NCBI GenBank assembly: GCA_001770955.1 | Contig: MESL01000006.1 | Span: 31,726-95,725, forward strand | Direction: 5' to 3' | Origin: Burkholderiales bacterium RIFCSPLOWO2_12_FULL_65_40 | GTDB lineage: Bacteria > Pseudomonadota > Gammaproteobacteria > Burkholderiales > Burkholderiaceae_C | Length of the DNA stretch: 64,000 nt | Shown here: positions 29,534-41,362 of the stretch, piece after piece | Layout of the letters: the number at the start of each line of letters is the position of its first letter | How positions within the stretch are numbered: position 1 is the first letter of the stretch | Program-made: the position numbers and the translations under genes | The notes under the pieces: generated by a model | What the model saw: only the letters and a program-made list of their open reading frames with translations | What the model was told of the DNA's origin: nothing | The model's database searches: none

Positions 29534-31583
29534 GCCGGTCCAGGGCTTCGTAGAACTCCTGCTCGCTCTGCAACCTTCGCATGGGCGGCAGCGCTGCCAG
29601 CAGCCGCTTGCCGTAGCCCATTTTCACCAGCCGCGTATCGCCGATGACCAGCAGACCGGCATCCGACTCATGCCGGATCAGCCGGCCCGCGCCCTGCTTG
29701 AGTGCGACTGCGGCCTCGGGCAGCGCATAGTCCTTGAACGGGCTGCGTCCCGCCTGCTGCAGACGCAGCGAACGCGCCTGGACCAGTGGGTCCCCCGGCG
29801 GCGGGAATGGCAGTTTGTCGATCACGACCAGCTGCAGCGCATCGCCGGGCACATCGAAACCCTCCCAGAATGTGGCCGAGGCCACCAGAATGCATCCGGG
29901 CAACCCCGCTCCGCTCCCCTGGCGAAACCGGTCCATCAGCCTGCGTTTCGGTCCGAGACCCTGTACGAGTACCTCGATATCGGGTGAGCCGGCGAAACGC
30001 TCGCGCAAGGCATCGCCCACCGCGCGCAAGGCCTTGAGCGTGGTGGTCAACACCAGCGTGCGCCCCCCGAGGCGCGCGGCGGCCTCACCTACCCATCGGG
30101 CCAGCTGGGTGCTGTGCCCGGGGTCTGTCGGCGGGACCAGTTCGCGCGGCACATACAGCGCGGACTGGGTGGCATAGTCAAACGGACTTTCCACGCGCAG
30201 AATCTGCGCTTCTTCCAGCCCCATGGGCTCGGTGAACCAGCGCAGAGCGGGTTCGTCTCCCAGCGTGGCCGAGGTGAATATCCAGGCCCGCGCGGCAAGC
30301 TCTGCCGGTTCGGAGTTCGGCGCACGGTCCGCTTCTTCTCCATGACCCGCGCCCGACTGCATCCATGCGCGCGCCGACTGGGCAATGTCGAGCGGCGCCT
30401 CGACCAGCCGCGTGTGCAGGCCCACGTCCACCCAGCGCACCGCCCCTGGGGCGCAGCCCCCCCGAAACCGCTCCAGGTTGGCGACCAACGCGGCGGCACG
30501 GACATGCAGGCGCTCAAAGTCCGGGGCCATGTCCTGCACCACCTCAAGCGATGGCAACACCTGTGTACACGCCCGCACAATCTGCTCCAGGGCAGCACCC
30601 CAGGCTGCCGGGGGAAGGCCGTCCGGTGCCTCGCCGGTCCAGGCCAGACGGGTGGCATTCGGCACTCCGTCGGCCACCAGGCGCAGGTCGCGCACCGAAC
30701 GCTCCATCTGGGCACACAGGCCCTGCCAGTCCGCCATGCCACGCGCCTTCTGCAGCCCTGTCGCCAGCAAATCCCGCGCAAAATCCAGCAACTGCGCGAC
30801 CCCCAGCTGGACGCCCAGAAAAAGCACCCCCGTTTCATTGACCTGGTGCGCCTCGTCAAACACCACCACCCGCACGGTGGGCAACAGCTCGGCCATGCCC
30901 GACTCGCGCACCGCCAGATCGGCAAAGAACAGGTGGTGGTTGATCACCACCACATCGGCTGCCAGGGCCTCGCGCCGTGCCAGGTTGACGTGGCACTCGC
31001 GAAACTGCGGGCACTGCGACCCCAGGCAGTTGTCGCGGGTGGATGTCACCAGTGCCATGGCGCCAGACCGTTCATCAAGTCCGGGCAACTCCGCCAGATC
31101 CCCGGTGCGCGTGGCCTGGGCCCACTGCTCGATGCGGGCCAGCGCCTGCGCCACGCTGCCGTCATGGGCAGCGTCCGCCTGGCGAGCCTGCGCCAGCCGA
31201 TGCAGGCACAGGTAGCTGGCACGCCCCTTGAGCAATGCCGTGCGCACCGGCAGGCCCAGTGCCTCCACCAGACGCGGGAGATCGCGCCCGAACAGCTGAT
31301 CCTGCAGCGCCTTCGTGGCGGTGGACAACAGCACGCGTTCGCCACTCAGCAGCGCCGGCACCAGGTACGAAAAGGTTTTGCCCACGCCTGTTCCGGCCTC
31401 GACCACCAACGCACCGCCGTGCTCAATGGTCTGCGCCACAGCCATAGCCATCTCGGTCTGGCCGGGCCGGGGCCGAAAATCCGCCTCGGCGCGCGATAGA
31501 GCGCCATCGGCGGAAAACGCCTGGCGCACCGCCTGCGCCAGCGGCGTACAACTTGTTTCGTGGTGGGAGGGCTGAAAATCCAA
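29496..31583 (-). CDS. ATP-dependent DNA helicase, DinG/YoaA (XPD/Rad3-like) family
   Basis: The protein has Walker A EAGTGVGKT, the DEAH box VVFDEAHQ, and a Cys cluster CLGSQCPQFRECH typical of the Fe-S domain. The track start at 31583 is TTG, so the start is uncertain. Confidence 0.8.
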   Translation of the reverse strand: MDFQPSHHETSCTPLAQAVRQAFSADGALSRAEADFRPRPGQTEMAMAVAQTIEHGGALVVEAGTGVGKTFSYLVPALLSGERVLLSTATKALQDQLFGRDLPRLVEALGLPVRTALLKGRASYLCLHRLAQARQADAAHDGSVAQALARIEQWAQATRTGDLAELPGLDERSGAMALVTSTRDNCLGSQCPQFRECHVNLARREALAADVVVINHHLFFADLAVRESGMAELLPTVRVVVFDEAHQVNETGVLFLGVQLGVAQLLDFARDLLATGLQKARGMADWQGLCAQMERSVRDLRLVADGVPNATRLAWTGEAPDGLPPAAWGAALEQIVRACTQVLPSLEVVQDMAPDFERLHVRAAALVANLERFRGGCAPGAVRWVDVGLHTRLVEAPLDIAQSARAWMQSGAGHGEEADRAPNSEPAELAARAWIFTSATLGDEPALRWFTEPMGLEEAQILRVESPFDYATQSALYVPRELVPPTDPGHSTQLARWVGEAAARLGGRTLVLTTTLKALRAVGDALRERFAGSPDIEVLVQGLGPKRRLMDRFRQGSGAGLPGCILVASATFWEGFDVPGDALQLVVIDKLPFPPPGDPLVQARSLRLQQAGRSPFKDYALPEAAVALKQGAGRLIRHESDAGLLVIGDTRLVKMGYGKRLLAALPPMRRLQSEQEFYEALDRLTRTSTTDRSCP

Positions 31584-31701
31584 GGAAGTGCGGCCTCAAG
31601 GGCATGATCGCATGGTAAAAATGCCACACGGCGTTTGATAATACGCGCACTGCCCCCTCCCCTTGAGCACGGCAGGCTCCCACTCCTCCACAATCGACGG
31701 A

Positions 31702-32511
31702 ATGTCCAAAGCGATTCGCCTCAGCGCCTCTACCGGCATCCACAAGGGTGACCGGGAGTACCAGCAGGACCAGGTGGCCCTGTTGTCCCACCCACGCTAC
31801 AACGGGTGCGTTCTGGGTGTGCTGGCCGACGGCATGGGCGGGCGCAGCGGCGGGCGCAAGGCGTCCGATCAGGTCATGATGACGGCCCGCCAGTTGTTCG
31901 AGCGCTATTCACCCGATAGCGACGACCCGGCGGCCATGCTCAAGAACATGGTGCATGAGGCCCACATCGTCATCCGGCTGACGGCCATCACGTCCGAGCA
32001 GGAGCCGCACAGCACCATTGCGGCGTTTCTCATCAATCCCCGGGGCGACTGCCACTGGGCGCATGCGGGCGATTCGCGCATCTACCACTTCCAGAATGGC
32101 CGCATGATGCACCGCACCAGCGACCACTCCTACGTGCAGGCGCTGGTGGATCGCGGCGAGATCACCGAAGCCGAAGCCAACACCCACCCGCATTCCAATA
32201 TTCTGGTGGGCTGCCTGGGCACCGAGAGCGACCCGCCGATCACCATGCACATGATTCACCAGTTGCACCCGGGCGACGTGCTTCTGGCCTGCAGCGATGG
32301 GGTGTGGCACTACTTCTCACCCACCGAACTCGGCTCGGTGGTGGAGTCGCTCACCCCCCGGGAAGCAACCGAATTCCTCATCGAAAAGGCCCGCGTGCGC
32401 GCCCGGGGCGGCGGCGACAACCTCTCATTGGCCATCGTCAAGATCGAGGCTCTGGTCGAAGAAAAAAAGGTGCCACCACTGGCACCCTTCAACAAGCCCC
32501 CGGAACGCTAG
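31702..32511 (+). CDS. PP2C-family Ser/Thr protein phosphatase
   Basis: I trimmed to the ATG at 31702 (MSKAIRLSAS...). PP2C motifs present are REYQQD, VLADGMGG, ACSDGVW and GGGDNLSLAIV. Confidence 0.85.
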   Translation: MSKAIRLSASTGIHKGDREYQQDQVALLSHPRYNGCVLGVLADGMGGRSGGRKASDQVMMTARQLFERYSPDSDDPAAMLKNMVHEAHIVIRLTAITSEQEPHSTIAAFLINPRGDCHWAHAGDSRIYHFQNGRMMHRTSDHSYVQALVDRGEITEAEANTHPHSNILVGCLGTESDPPITMHMIHQLHPGDVLLACSDGVWHYFSPTELGSVVESLTPREATEFLIEKARVRARGGGDNLSLAIVKIEALVEEKKVPPLAPFNKPPER

Positions 32512-32523
32512 TTTCCATGCCCC

Positions 32524-33147
32524 TCATGGGGTCAGGGGTGCTGCGGGTTGGTGGCCACGGGCCGCTTCCTGCGCCTGGCGCTGTTGCACACTGGCCTTGC
32601 GCTCCAGGGCCGCCTGCTGCTTTTCGATCTGGCGCTGGCGCTCCTCGACCGCCCGCATTTGCAACGTCTGGCGGCGCTGTTCCTGGCTGGTGCGGGCAGC
32701 ATCCGGTGGCGATGCCGGAAGCCGGGCGCGCGGCAGTGGCCCTGGCGAATGTGCTGGACGGGATGCCCGAGGCGCAATCGCTGGAGGCTCAGGCGCATCA
32801 ACCGCACGGGCGCTCTGGCGGTCTTCGATGCTTTGCAGGCGCTGCGCCGCCCGCTCCCGGCGCTCCCGGTCGTCCATCAGGGATTCCTGCTGGCGCAGCA
32901 CGGCATGGTCTGTGCGCGCCTGGCGGCGTGCCGCTCGCAGACAGTCTTCGACGGCAAAACGCTGGTAGCAGGCAACCTGGGTGCGTTGCAAGTTTTTGTC
33001 AATGGCCTCGCGTTCCCGACGGATTCGCTCGCGTTCCGCGGTGTGATCCGCCGTTCCCATGGACACCGACGAGGGGGCCGCAGGCACCTGGGCACTGGCC
33101 AGGCCCGTCCATAGCAAGACCAGAATGACCCCCGTGGGCAGGACCAT
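32524..33147 (-). CDS. Secreted hypothetical protein, Arg/Glu/Gln-rich predicted coiled-coil
   Basis: I trimmed to the ATG at 33145-33147, 8 nt after the zapE stop. The signal peptide is MVLPTGVILVLLWTGLASAQ, followed by highly charged ERERIRREREAIDKNLQR...EERQRQIEKQQAALERK. The longer track ORF would overlap zapE. Confidence 0.5.
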   Translation of the reverse strand: MVLPTGVILVLLWTGLASAQVPAAPSSVSMGTADHTAERERIRREREAIDKNLQRTQVACYQRFAVEDCLRAARRQARTDHAVLRQQESLMDDRERRERAAQRLQSIEDRQSARAVDAPEPPAIAPRASRPAHSPGPLPRARLPASPPDAARTSQEQRRQTLQMRAVEERQRQIEKQQAALERKASVQQRQAQEAARGHQPAAPLTP

Positions 33148-33155
33148 GGCTGCGC

Positions 33156-34253
33156 TCACGTCAGCCCCGTGTCCACCACACGGCGTTCGAGCGCAAGGAA
33201 CTCCTTGGACTGCATCTCGTTGAGCCGCGAAACCGTACGCGGGAATTCGTGGGCCAGCGGACCCTCGGTGTAGAGCTGCTCGGGCGGCACGGCCGCCGAG
33301 AGGATGAGCTTGACGCGCCGGTCGTACAGCACATCCACCAGCCAGGTGAAGCGCCGCGCGGGCGAAGCCATGCTCACGGGCATGTAGGGCACATCGGAGA
33401 GCAGCACGGTGTGGAACTGCGTGGCGATCTCCAGGTAGTCGTTCTGCGAGCGCGGGCCGCCGCACAGCGTCTTGAAATCAAACCAGACCACGCCACCGGC
33501 CTTGCGCCGGGCCTGGATCTCGCGCGCCTCGATGTGCAGCACCGGGTCTTCGTCATGCACTTCGGCCAGCTGGTCGAACGCCTCGTTCATCGCGGCATCG
33601 GCCCCGGGGCCCAGGGGCGTGTGGTAAAGCTTGACCTGCTCCAGCGTGCGGCGCCGGTAGTCGGTGCCGTTGTCCACATTGATGACTTCGAGCTTCTGCT
33701 TGAGCAGTTCGATGGCCGGCAGGATGCGGTCGCGGTGCAGGCCATTGGGGTACAAACCGTCGGGCTCGAAGTTGGATGTGGTAACGAAGCCCACACCGTT
33801 CTCGAACAGCGACGCCAGCAGGCGGTGCAGGATCATGGCGTCGGTGATGTCCGCCACATGGAATTCGTCGAAGCAGATGAGTTTGTAGCGCTTGGCAATG
33901 CGCTGACCCAGCACATCCAGCGGGTTCTGTGTGCCCTGCAGCGCCGCCAGCTCGCGGTGCACCTCGCGCATGAACTCATGGAAGTGCAGGCGCACCTTGC
34001 GCTTGAGCGGCACGGCGTTGAAAAAGCAGTCCATCAGGAAGCTCTTGCCGCGCCCCACCCCACCGTACATGTACACGCCCCGGGGAATGTCTGGGCGATT
34101 GATGAGTTTCTTGAGCGGATTCGAGCGCCGGGTCTTGTAGGCCGCCCATTCCTGTGCACAGCGATCGAGGGCATCCACCGCACGCAACTGTGCGGGGTCG
34201 CTCTGGAACCCCTTGGCGGCCAGCTCGGCCTGGTAGGCCTGTTTGACGTTCAC
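33156..34253 (-). CDS. zapE: Cell division protein ZapE (AFG1-like ATPase)
   Basis: The protein has Walker A YMYGGVGRGKSFLMD, Walker B LICFDEFHV, and an AFG1-family layout. The start is GTG at 34253. Confidence 0.85.
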   Translation of the reverse strand: MNVKQAYQAELAAKGFQSDPAQLRAVDALDRCAQEWAAYKTRRSNPLKKLINRPDIPRGVYMYGGVGRGKSFLMDCFFNAVPLKRKVRLHFHEFMREVHRELAALQGTQNPLDVLGQRIAKRYKLICFDEFHVADITDAMILHRLLASLFENGVGFVTTSNFEPDGLYPNGLHRDRILPAIELLKQKLEVINVDNGTDYRRRTLEQVKLYHTPLGPGADAAMNEAFDQLAEVHDEDPVLHIEAREIQARRKAGGVVWFDFKTLCGGPRSQNDYLEIATQFHTVLLSDVPYMPVSMASPARRFTWLVDVLYDRRVKLILSAAVPPEQLYTEGPLAHEFPRTVSRLNEMQSKEFLALERRVVDTGLT

Positions 34254-34267
34254 TGATAGTCGCTTTT

Positions 34268-34330
34268 GCTATAACTTAAATAGCTGTTAGCGCGCAATGG
34301 ATGGGCGCTAACAGCCAATTTTGCTTCAAA
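34268..34330 (-). repeat. AT-rich intergenic repeat, copy G (inverted orientation)
   Basis: gctataacttaaatagctgttagcgcgcaatggatgggcgctaacagccaattttgcttcaaa abuts the lpdA stop (34331-34333). Confidence 0.65.
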
Positions 34331-35758
34331 TCAGAAATTGAGCGTGCGCTTGTCCACGGCCAGGGCCGCTTCCTTGGTGGCTTCGCTCAAACTGGGGTGG
34401 GCGTGGCAGATGCGTGCGATGTCTTCGGCGCTGGCCTTGAACTCCATGGCCACCACGGCCTCGGCGATCAGTTCGCTGGCCATGGGCCCGACGATGTGCA
34501 CGCCCAGGATCTCGTCCGTGGCGGCGTCGGCCAGGAACTTGACCATGCCGGTCGTGTCGCCCAGCGCACGCGCGCGGCCATTCGCCAGGAACGGGAAGGT
34601 GCCGGCCTTGTACTTGACGCCGTCCGCCTTGAGCTGCTGCTCGGTGCGGCCCACCCACGCGATCTCGGGGCTGGTGTAGATGACCCAGGGAATGGTGTTG
34701 AAGTTGACATGCCCGTGCTGGCCGGCGATGCGCTCGGCCACAGCCACGCCCTCTTCTTCGGCCTTGTGCGCCAGCATGGGGCCCCGCACCACGTCACCCA
34801 CAGCCCAGACGCCGGGCAGGTTGGTACGGCAATCTCCGTCCACCACGATTTCGCCGCGCTCGCCCAGCTGCAGGCCTACAGCCTCGGCGTTCAGGCCGAT
34901 GGTGTTGGGCACGCGGCCAATCGAGACGATCAGCTTGTCCACGTCCATGCTCACGGCTTCACCCTTGGCGTTGGTGTAGGCCACATTCACGCCCTTCTTG
35001 CCGGTCTTGATGTCGCCGATCTTCACGCCCAGCTCGATCTTCAGGCCCTGCTTGTCGAAGGCCTTCTTGGCTTCCTTGGCGATCTGCTCGTCCACGGCAC
35101 CCAGGAAGGTAGGCAGGCCTTCGAGCACGGTCACGTCGGCTCCCAGACGGCGCCAGACCGAGCCCATCTCCAGGCCGATCACGCCCGAGCCGATCACGCC
35201 GAGCTTCTTGGGCACGGCGCCGATGCGCAGCGCGCCGTCGTTCGACAGGATGTTTTCTTCGTCGAACGCCACACCGGGCAGCGCGCGGGCATTGGAGCCC
35301 GTGGCCACGATGACCTGCTTGCCCACCAGCGTCTCTTCAGCGGCGCCCGCCACCTTGATCTCGTAGCCACCTTCAACGGCTTTGACGAAGGAGCCACGGC
35401 CGTGGAAGAAGCTGACCTTGTTCTTCTTGAACAGGTACAGGATGCCATCGTTGTTCTGCTTCACAACTTGGTCCTTGCGGCCCACCATCTTGGCCACGTC
35501 CATCGTCACCTTGCCGGTGCTGATGCCGTGCTCGGCGAAGTGCTTGTTGGCGTGCTCGAAATGCTCGGACGACTGCAGCAGCGCCTTGGAGGGGATGCAG
35601 CCCACGTTCGTGCAGGTGCCGCCGGGGGCCGGACCGCCCTTGTCGTTCTTCCACTCGTCGATGCAGGCCACGTTGAAGCCCAGTTGCGCGGCGCGGATGG
35701 CGCCGATGTAGCCGCCGGGGCCGCCGCCGATGACGATGACGTCGAATTGTTTGCTCAT
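34331..35758 (-). CDS. lpdA: Dihydrolipoyl dehydrogenase (E3)
   Basis: The protein has the FAD motif [11 protein letters not shown], the redox-active disulfide [13 protein letters not shown], and a C-terminal HAHP motif. The gene is downstream of sucAB. Confidence 0.95.
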   Translation of the reverse strand: MSKQFDVIVIGGGPGGYIGAIRAAQLGFNVACIDEWKNDKGGPAPGGTCTNVGCIPSKALLQSSEHFEHANKHFAEHGISTGKVTMDVAKMVGRKDQVVKQNNDGILYLFKKNKVSFFHGRGSFVKAVEGGYEIKVAGAAEETLVGKQVIVATGSNARALPGVAFDEENILSNDGALRIGAVPKKLGVIGSGVIGLEMGSVWRRLGADVTVLEGLPTFLGAVDEQIAKEAKKAFDKQGLKIELGVKIGDIKTGKKGVNVAYTNAKGEAVSMDVDKLIVSIGRVPNTIGLNAEAVGLQLGERGEIVVDGDCRTNLPGVWAVGDVVRGPMLAHKAEEEGVAVAERIAGQHGHVNFNTIPWVIYTSPEIAWVGRTEQQLKADGVKYKAGTFPFLANGRARALGDTTGMVKFLADAATDEILGVHIVGPMASELIAEAVVAMEFKASAEDIARICHAHPSLSEATKEAALAVDKRTLNF

Positions 35759-35783
35759 GGATTACTCGCTCAATCGTTTGGAG

Positions 35784-35829
35784 AAAAACCCACCGGCGGG
35801 CCTGAGAGGGACGGGCCGCGCGGGTGGGT
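35784..35829 (-). terminator. Hairpin plus T-run between sucB and lpdA (attenuator or partial terminator)
   Basis: The minus-strand transcript reads acccacccgcgcggcccgtccctctcaggcccgccggtgggttttt. This is an imperfect GC-rich stem followed by TTTTT. Confidence 0.5.
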
Positions 35830-35851
35830 CATTGCAGTGCTTCTGGCTGGA

Positions 35852-37114
<1,263 letters not shown>

Positions 37115-37166
37115 TTTGATTTCTTTCCAGAAAGGTGTTTTGTACTGAGTGAGGGGGTTTCCGGCC

Positions 37167-40043
37167 TTACTTGGTCAGGACAAAACCCTTGAGCTTGGCG
37201 AAGGCACCATCGACCAGGGCCTTCTGCTGCTCCTGGTGCAGGTGCGAGTAGCCGACGGCAGGCGACGCGGAGGCCGCGCGGCCCGAGTAGCCCAGCTTCT
37301 GGCCATCGAGCATGTTCTCGTGGATGTTGTGCTGGATGAAGAACCAGGCACCCTGGTTCTGTGGCTCGTCCTGGCACCACACGATGTCGGTGGCGTTGGG
37401 ATACTTCTTGAGCTCGGTGGCAAACGCCTTGTGCGGGAAGGGATAGAGCTGCTCGATGCGGAGGATGGCCACGTCGCTGGCTTCCTTCTCGGTGCGCTTC
37501 TTCACCAGGTCGTAGTACACCTTGCCCGAGCAGGCGATCACGCGCTTGACCTTGTCGGCCTTCTTGTTGATCGTTTCGTCCTGCTCCGGAATCACGGTCT
37601 GGAAAGCGCCCTTGGTGAACTCGGACAGCGGCGAGGTTGCGTCCTTGTTGCGCAGCAGCGACTTGGGCGTCATGATGACCAGCGGCTTGCGCAGGTTGCG
37701 GACCATCTGGCGGCGCAGCACATGGAAGATCTGGCTGGCGGTGGTGGGCTGCACGATCTGCATGTTGGCATCGGCGGCCAACTGCATGAAGCGCTCCAGG
37801 CGGGCCGAGCTGTGCTCGGGGCCCTGGCCTTCGTAGCCGTGCGGCAGCATCAGCGTGATGCCGTTGACACGGCCCCACTTCACTTCGCCCGAGGCGATGA
37901 ACTGGTCGATCACGACCTGCGCGCCGTTGGCGAAGTCGCCGAACTGGGCTTCCCAGATCACCAGGGTGTTCGGGTCGTTGGAGGCGTAGCCGTATTCGTA
38001 GCCCAGCACGGCCTCTTCCGACAGGATGGAGTCGATCACGACGAACGGAGCCTGGTTCTCGGCCACGTTTTGCAAGGGCACATAGGTGCCGGTGTCCCAC
38101 TTTTCGCGCTTCTGGTCGTGGATCACGGCATGGCGGTGCGTGAACGTGCCACGGCCGCAGTCTTCGCCCGACAGGCGCACGGGGTAGCCGCTGGCCACCA
38201 GCGAGGCAAAAGCCATGTGTTCGCCCATGCCCCAGTCCACGGGAATGTCGCCACGGCCCATCGCAGCGCGGTCGTCATAGACCTTCTTGACGAGCTGGTG
38301 CGGCGTCACGCTCTCGGGAATGGTGGTGAGCTTCTCGGCCAGGCGCTTCCACTCGGTCATCGGAATGGCGGTGTCGCCAGCATCCGTCCACTTCTTGCCC
38401 AGGAAGGGCGACCAGTCGACGGCGTACTTGCTCTTGAAGTTGGTCAGCACCGGATCGACCGTGTGCTTGCCGGCATCCATGGCAGCGCGGTACGCCTTGG
38501 CCATGTCGTCACCCAGCGTTTCGCCAAAACCCTGCGTGGCCAGGCGGTCCGCGTACAGCTTGCGCGTGCCGGGGTGTGCCGCGATTTTCTTGTACATCAG
38601 CGGCTGGGTCAGCGCAGGCGTGTCCTGCTCGTTGTGGCCCAGCTTGCGGAAGCAGGTGATGTCGACCACCACGTCCTGGCGGAACTCCATGCGGAACTCC
38701 AGCGCGAGCTGTGTGGCCAGCACCACCGCCTCGGGATCGTCACCGTTGACGTGCAGCACCGGCGCCTCGACCATCTTGACGATGTCGGTGCAATACACGG
38801 TGGAGCGCATGTCGCGCGGGTCAGAGGTGGTGAAGCCGATCTGGTTGTTGATGATCAGGTGCACCGTTCCGCCGGTGGTGTAGCCACGGGTCTGGGCCAG
38901 CGCCAGGGTTTCCTGGTTCACGCCCTGGCCGCCGAAGGCCGCGTCGCCGTGCACAAGCACGGGCAAGACCTGGCTGCCACGCGCGTCGCCACGGCGGTCC
39001 ATGCGGGCACGCACCGAGCCTTCCACGACGGGGTTGACGATTTCCAGGTGCGAGGGATTGAACGCCAGGCTCAGGTGCACCGGACCGCCCGGGGTGGAGA
39101 CATCGGAGCTGAAGCCCTGGTGGTACTTCACGTCGCCTGCTGGCAGGTCTTCGGGTGCGGTGTGGTCGAATTCGGCAAACAGATCCTTGGGCATCTTGCC
39201 CAGAGTGTTGACCAGCACGTTGAGGCGGCCGCGGTGGGCCATGCCGATCACGATTTCCTGAACGCCCTGGGCACCCGCAGCGTTGATCAGCTCGTCCATC
39301 GCCGCGATGAAGCTCTCCCCCCCTTCGAGAGAGAAACGCTTCTGGCCGACATACTTGGTGTGCAGGAAACGCTCCAGGCCTTCGGCGGCCGTCAGGCGGT
39401 CAAGGATGCGCTTCTTGCGTTCCGCGCTGAAATTGGGCTTGCTGCGGATGCTTTCGAGCTTCTGCTGCCACCAGCGCTTTTGCGCCTGGTCGGAGGTGTA
39501 CATGAACTCGGCGCCCAGGGTGCCACAGTAGGTTTCGCGCAGCGCATTGATCAGTTCGCGCAACGGCATCTTCTCCTTGCCGAAGAAGGTGTTGCTCGTA
39601 TCGAACACCGTTTCCTGGTCGGCGTCGGTGAAACCGTAGAACGACGGTTCCAGCTCAGGGATCTGGGGGCGTTCGGTGCGCTTGAGCGGGTCCAGGTCGG
39701 CCCAACGCTGACCCACGTTGCGGTACGCGGCAATCAGTTGCTGTACAGCGGTGCGCTTGCGGCCCATTTCAGCGTCAGCGCTGGCCACCACCACCTTGGT
39801 GCCGCCCGCCTTGGCGCGCTCGGCGAAGGCATTGACCACCGGAAGGTGTGGAACGTCCTTGGCGTTGGAGCCATCCACGGCGGGGACATGCTGCAGCGCG
39901 TCGAAGTATTCGCGCCAGGTGTCGGGGACGCTACCGGGGTTGGCCAGGTAGTTTTCGTACATTTCTTCGACATAGGGCGCATTGCCGCCGAAGAGGTATG
40001 TGTTGCCTTGGTAGGCTTGATAGACGGACGTAGTCTCGCTCAT
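37167..40043 (-). CDS. sucA: 2-oxoglutarate dehydrogenase E1 component
   Basis: I trimmed to the ATG at 40041-40043, which is preceded by [38 protein letters not shown] is the conserved SucA N-terminus (958 aa). Confidence 0.95.
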   Translation of the reverse strand: MSETTSVYQAYQGNTYLFGGNAPYVEEMYENYLANPGSVPDTWREYFDALQHVPAVDGSNAKDVPHLPVVNAFAERAKAGGTKVVVASADAEMGRKRTAVQQLIAAYRNVGQRWADLDPLKRTERPQIPELEPSFYGFTDADQETVFDTSNTFFGKEKMPLRELINALRETYCGTLGAEFMYTSDQAQKRWWQQKLESIRSKPNFSAERKKRILDRLTAAEGLERFLHTKYVGQKRFSLEGGESFIAAMDELINAAGAQGVQEIVIGMAHRGRLNVLVNTLGKMPKDLFAEFDHTAPEDLPAGDVKYHQGFSSDVSTPGGPVHLSLAFNPSHLEIVNPVVEGSVRARMDRRGDARGSQVLPVLVHGDAAFGGQGVNQETLALAQTRGYTTGGTVHLIINNQIGFTTSDPRDMRSTVYCTDIVKMVEAPVLHVNGDDPEAVVLATQLALEFRMEFRQDVVVDITCFRKLGHNEQDTPALTQPLMYKKIAAHPGTRKLYADRLATQGFGETLGDDMAKAYRAAMDAGKHTVDPVLTNFKSKYAVDWSPFLGKKWTDAGDTAIPMTEWKRLAEKLTTIPESVTPHQLVKKVYDDRAAMGRGDIPVDWGMGEHMAFASLVASGYPVRLSGEDCGRGTFTHRHAVIHDQKREKWDTGTYVPLQNVAENQAPFVVIDSILSEEAVLGYEYGYASNDPNTLVIWEAQFGDFANGAQVVIDQFIASGEVKWGRVNGITLMLPHGYEGQGPEHSSARLERFMQLAADANMQIVQPTTASQIFHVLRRQMVRNLRKPLVIMTPKSLLRNKDATSPLSEFTKGAFQTVIPEQDETINKKADKVKRVIACSGKVYYDLVKKRTEKEASDVAILRIEQLYPFPHKAFATELKKYPNATDIVWCQDEPQNQGAWFFIQHNIHENMLDGQKLGYSGRAASASPAVGYSHLHQEQQKALVDGAFAKLKGFVLTK

Positions 40044-40309
40044 ATTCCGCTGACCTCCGCTTTCCTCGGGAAAGCATTTGGTGGTTTGAAAACCTTCCGC
40101 GACACGGCTGAACCGGTTGGCGGATGCGACTGTGGCTGGGGAAGGGCCTTGTACAACGCTGATTGTGCCACTGAATGCAGGGCCCTGCATGTACATGCTT
40201 CCGGGCACCCCACGGATATCCAGTCGCGACGTTGCATGCGCAATGCCTTGACCAGGACATGCTCTGGCGTACATTCAGGGCCTTGCCCCGACGCGGAACA
40301 GCCCTCTCC

Positions 40310-41356
40310 ATGACAAACCACACGCTCCAGAACAAGGCCTTCGTGCTTCTCCTGGTCATTGTCTCGCTTGCCTTTGCTGCCATCCTGTGGCCCTTCTACG
40401 AAGCGGTTTTCTGGGGTGTTGCGTTGGCCATCCTGTTCATGCCGTTGCACCGCCGGGTGCTGCTGCGCATGCGCGGCAAACCCAACCGGGCCGCGCTGGT
40501 CACCCTGTTGCTGTGCCTGTTCGTCGTGATCCTGCCCATGACGCTCATCAGCATCTCACTCGTCCAGGAAGCCACGCTGATCTATGAACGTCTGCGTACC
40601 GGGCAGCTTGATTTCGGCGCCTATTTCCAGCAGGTGATTGCGGCGCTGCCTGCGTGGGCGGTGAGCCTGCTCGACAGCCTGGATCTGACCAGCGTGGCCG
40701 CACTGCAACACAAATTGGCCACCGTGTCGGTGCAGGCCAGCCAGCTCATCGCCACCCGCGCCCTGAACATTGGCCAGAACACGCTGCAGTTTGTGGTGAG
40801 CTTTGGGGTCATGCTCTACCTGCTGTTCTTTCTGCTGCGTGACGGCACGGCATTGGGAGCCCGCATTCGCAAAGCCATCCCCCTGGAAGAAAAACACAAG
40901 CAGGACCTGAGCAGCAAGTTCACCACGGTGATTCGCGCAACCCTCAAGGGCAATCTCATGGTGGCAGCCACCCAGGGACTGCTGGGAGGCTTCATTTTCT
41001 GGGCGCTGGGCATCCAGGGGCCGGTGCTCTGGGGCGTGCTGATGGCTTTTCTCTCGCTGTTGCCCGCCGTGGGCGCAGGCCTGATCTGGGGCCCAGTGGC
41101 CATCTATTTCCTGGCTACGGGCGCCATGTGGCAGGCAGGCGTTCTGACGGCCTTTGGCGTAGGCGTCATCGGACTGGTGGACAACATCCTGCGGCCCATT
41201 CTGGTCGGCAAGGACACCAAGATGCCCGACTATGTCGTACTGATTTCCACGCTCGGCGGCATGACCCTGTTCGGGCTGAGCGGCTTCGTCATTGGCCCGG
41301 TGATTGCTGCACTGTTCATGGCCAGCTGGGATCTGGTTTCTGCGCCAGACCATTAG
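40310..41356 (+). CDS. AI-2E family transporter (PerM/YhhT-like permease)
   Basis: I trimmed to the ATG at 40310 (MTNHTLQNKAFVLLLVIV...). The protein is multi-TM with the conserved C-terminal block VLISTLGGMTLFGLSGFVIGPVIAAL. Confidence 0.8.
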   Translation: MTNHTLQNKAFVLLLVIVSLAFAAILWPFYEAVFWGVALAILFMPLHRRVLLRMRGKPNRAALVTLLLCLFVVILPMTLISISLVQEATLIYERLRTGQLDFGAYFQQVIAALPAWAVSLLDSLDLTSVAALQHKLATVSVQASQLIATRALNIGQNTLQFVVSFGVMLYLLFFLLRDGTALGARIRKAIPLEEKHKQDLSSKFTTVIRATLKGNLMVAATQGLLGGFIFWALGIQGPVLWGVLMAFLSLLPAVGAGLIWGPVAIYFLATGAMWQAGVLTAFGVGVIGLVDNILRPILVGKDTKMPDYVVLISTLGGMTLFGLSGFVIGPVIAALFMASWDLVSAPDH

Positions 41357-41362
41357 CCGACA

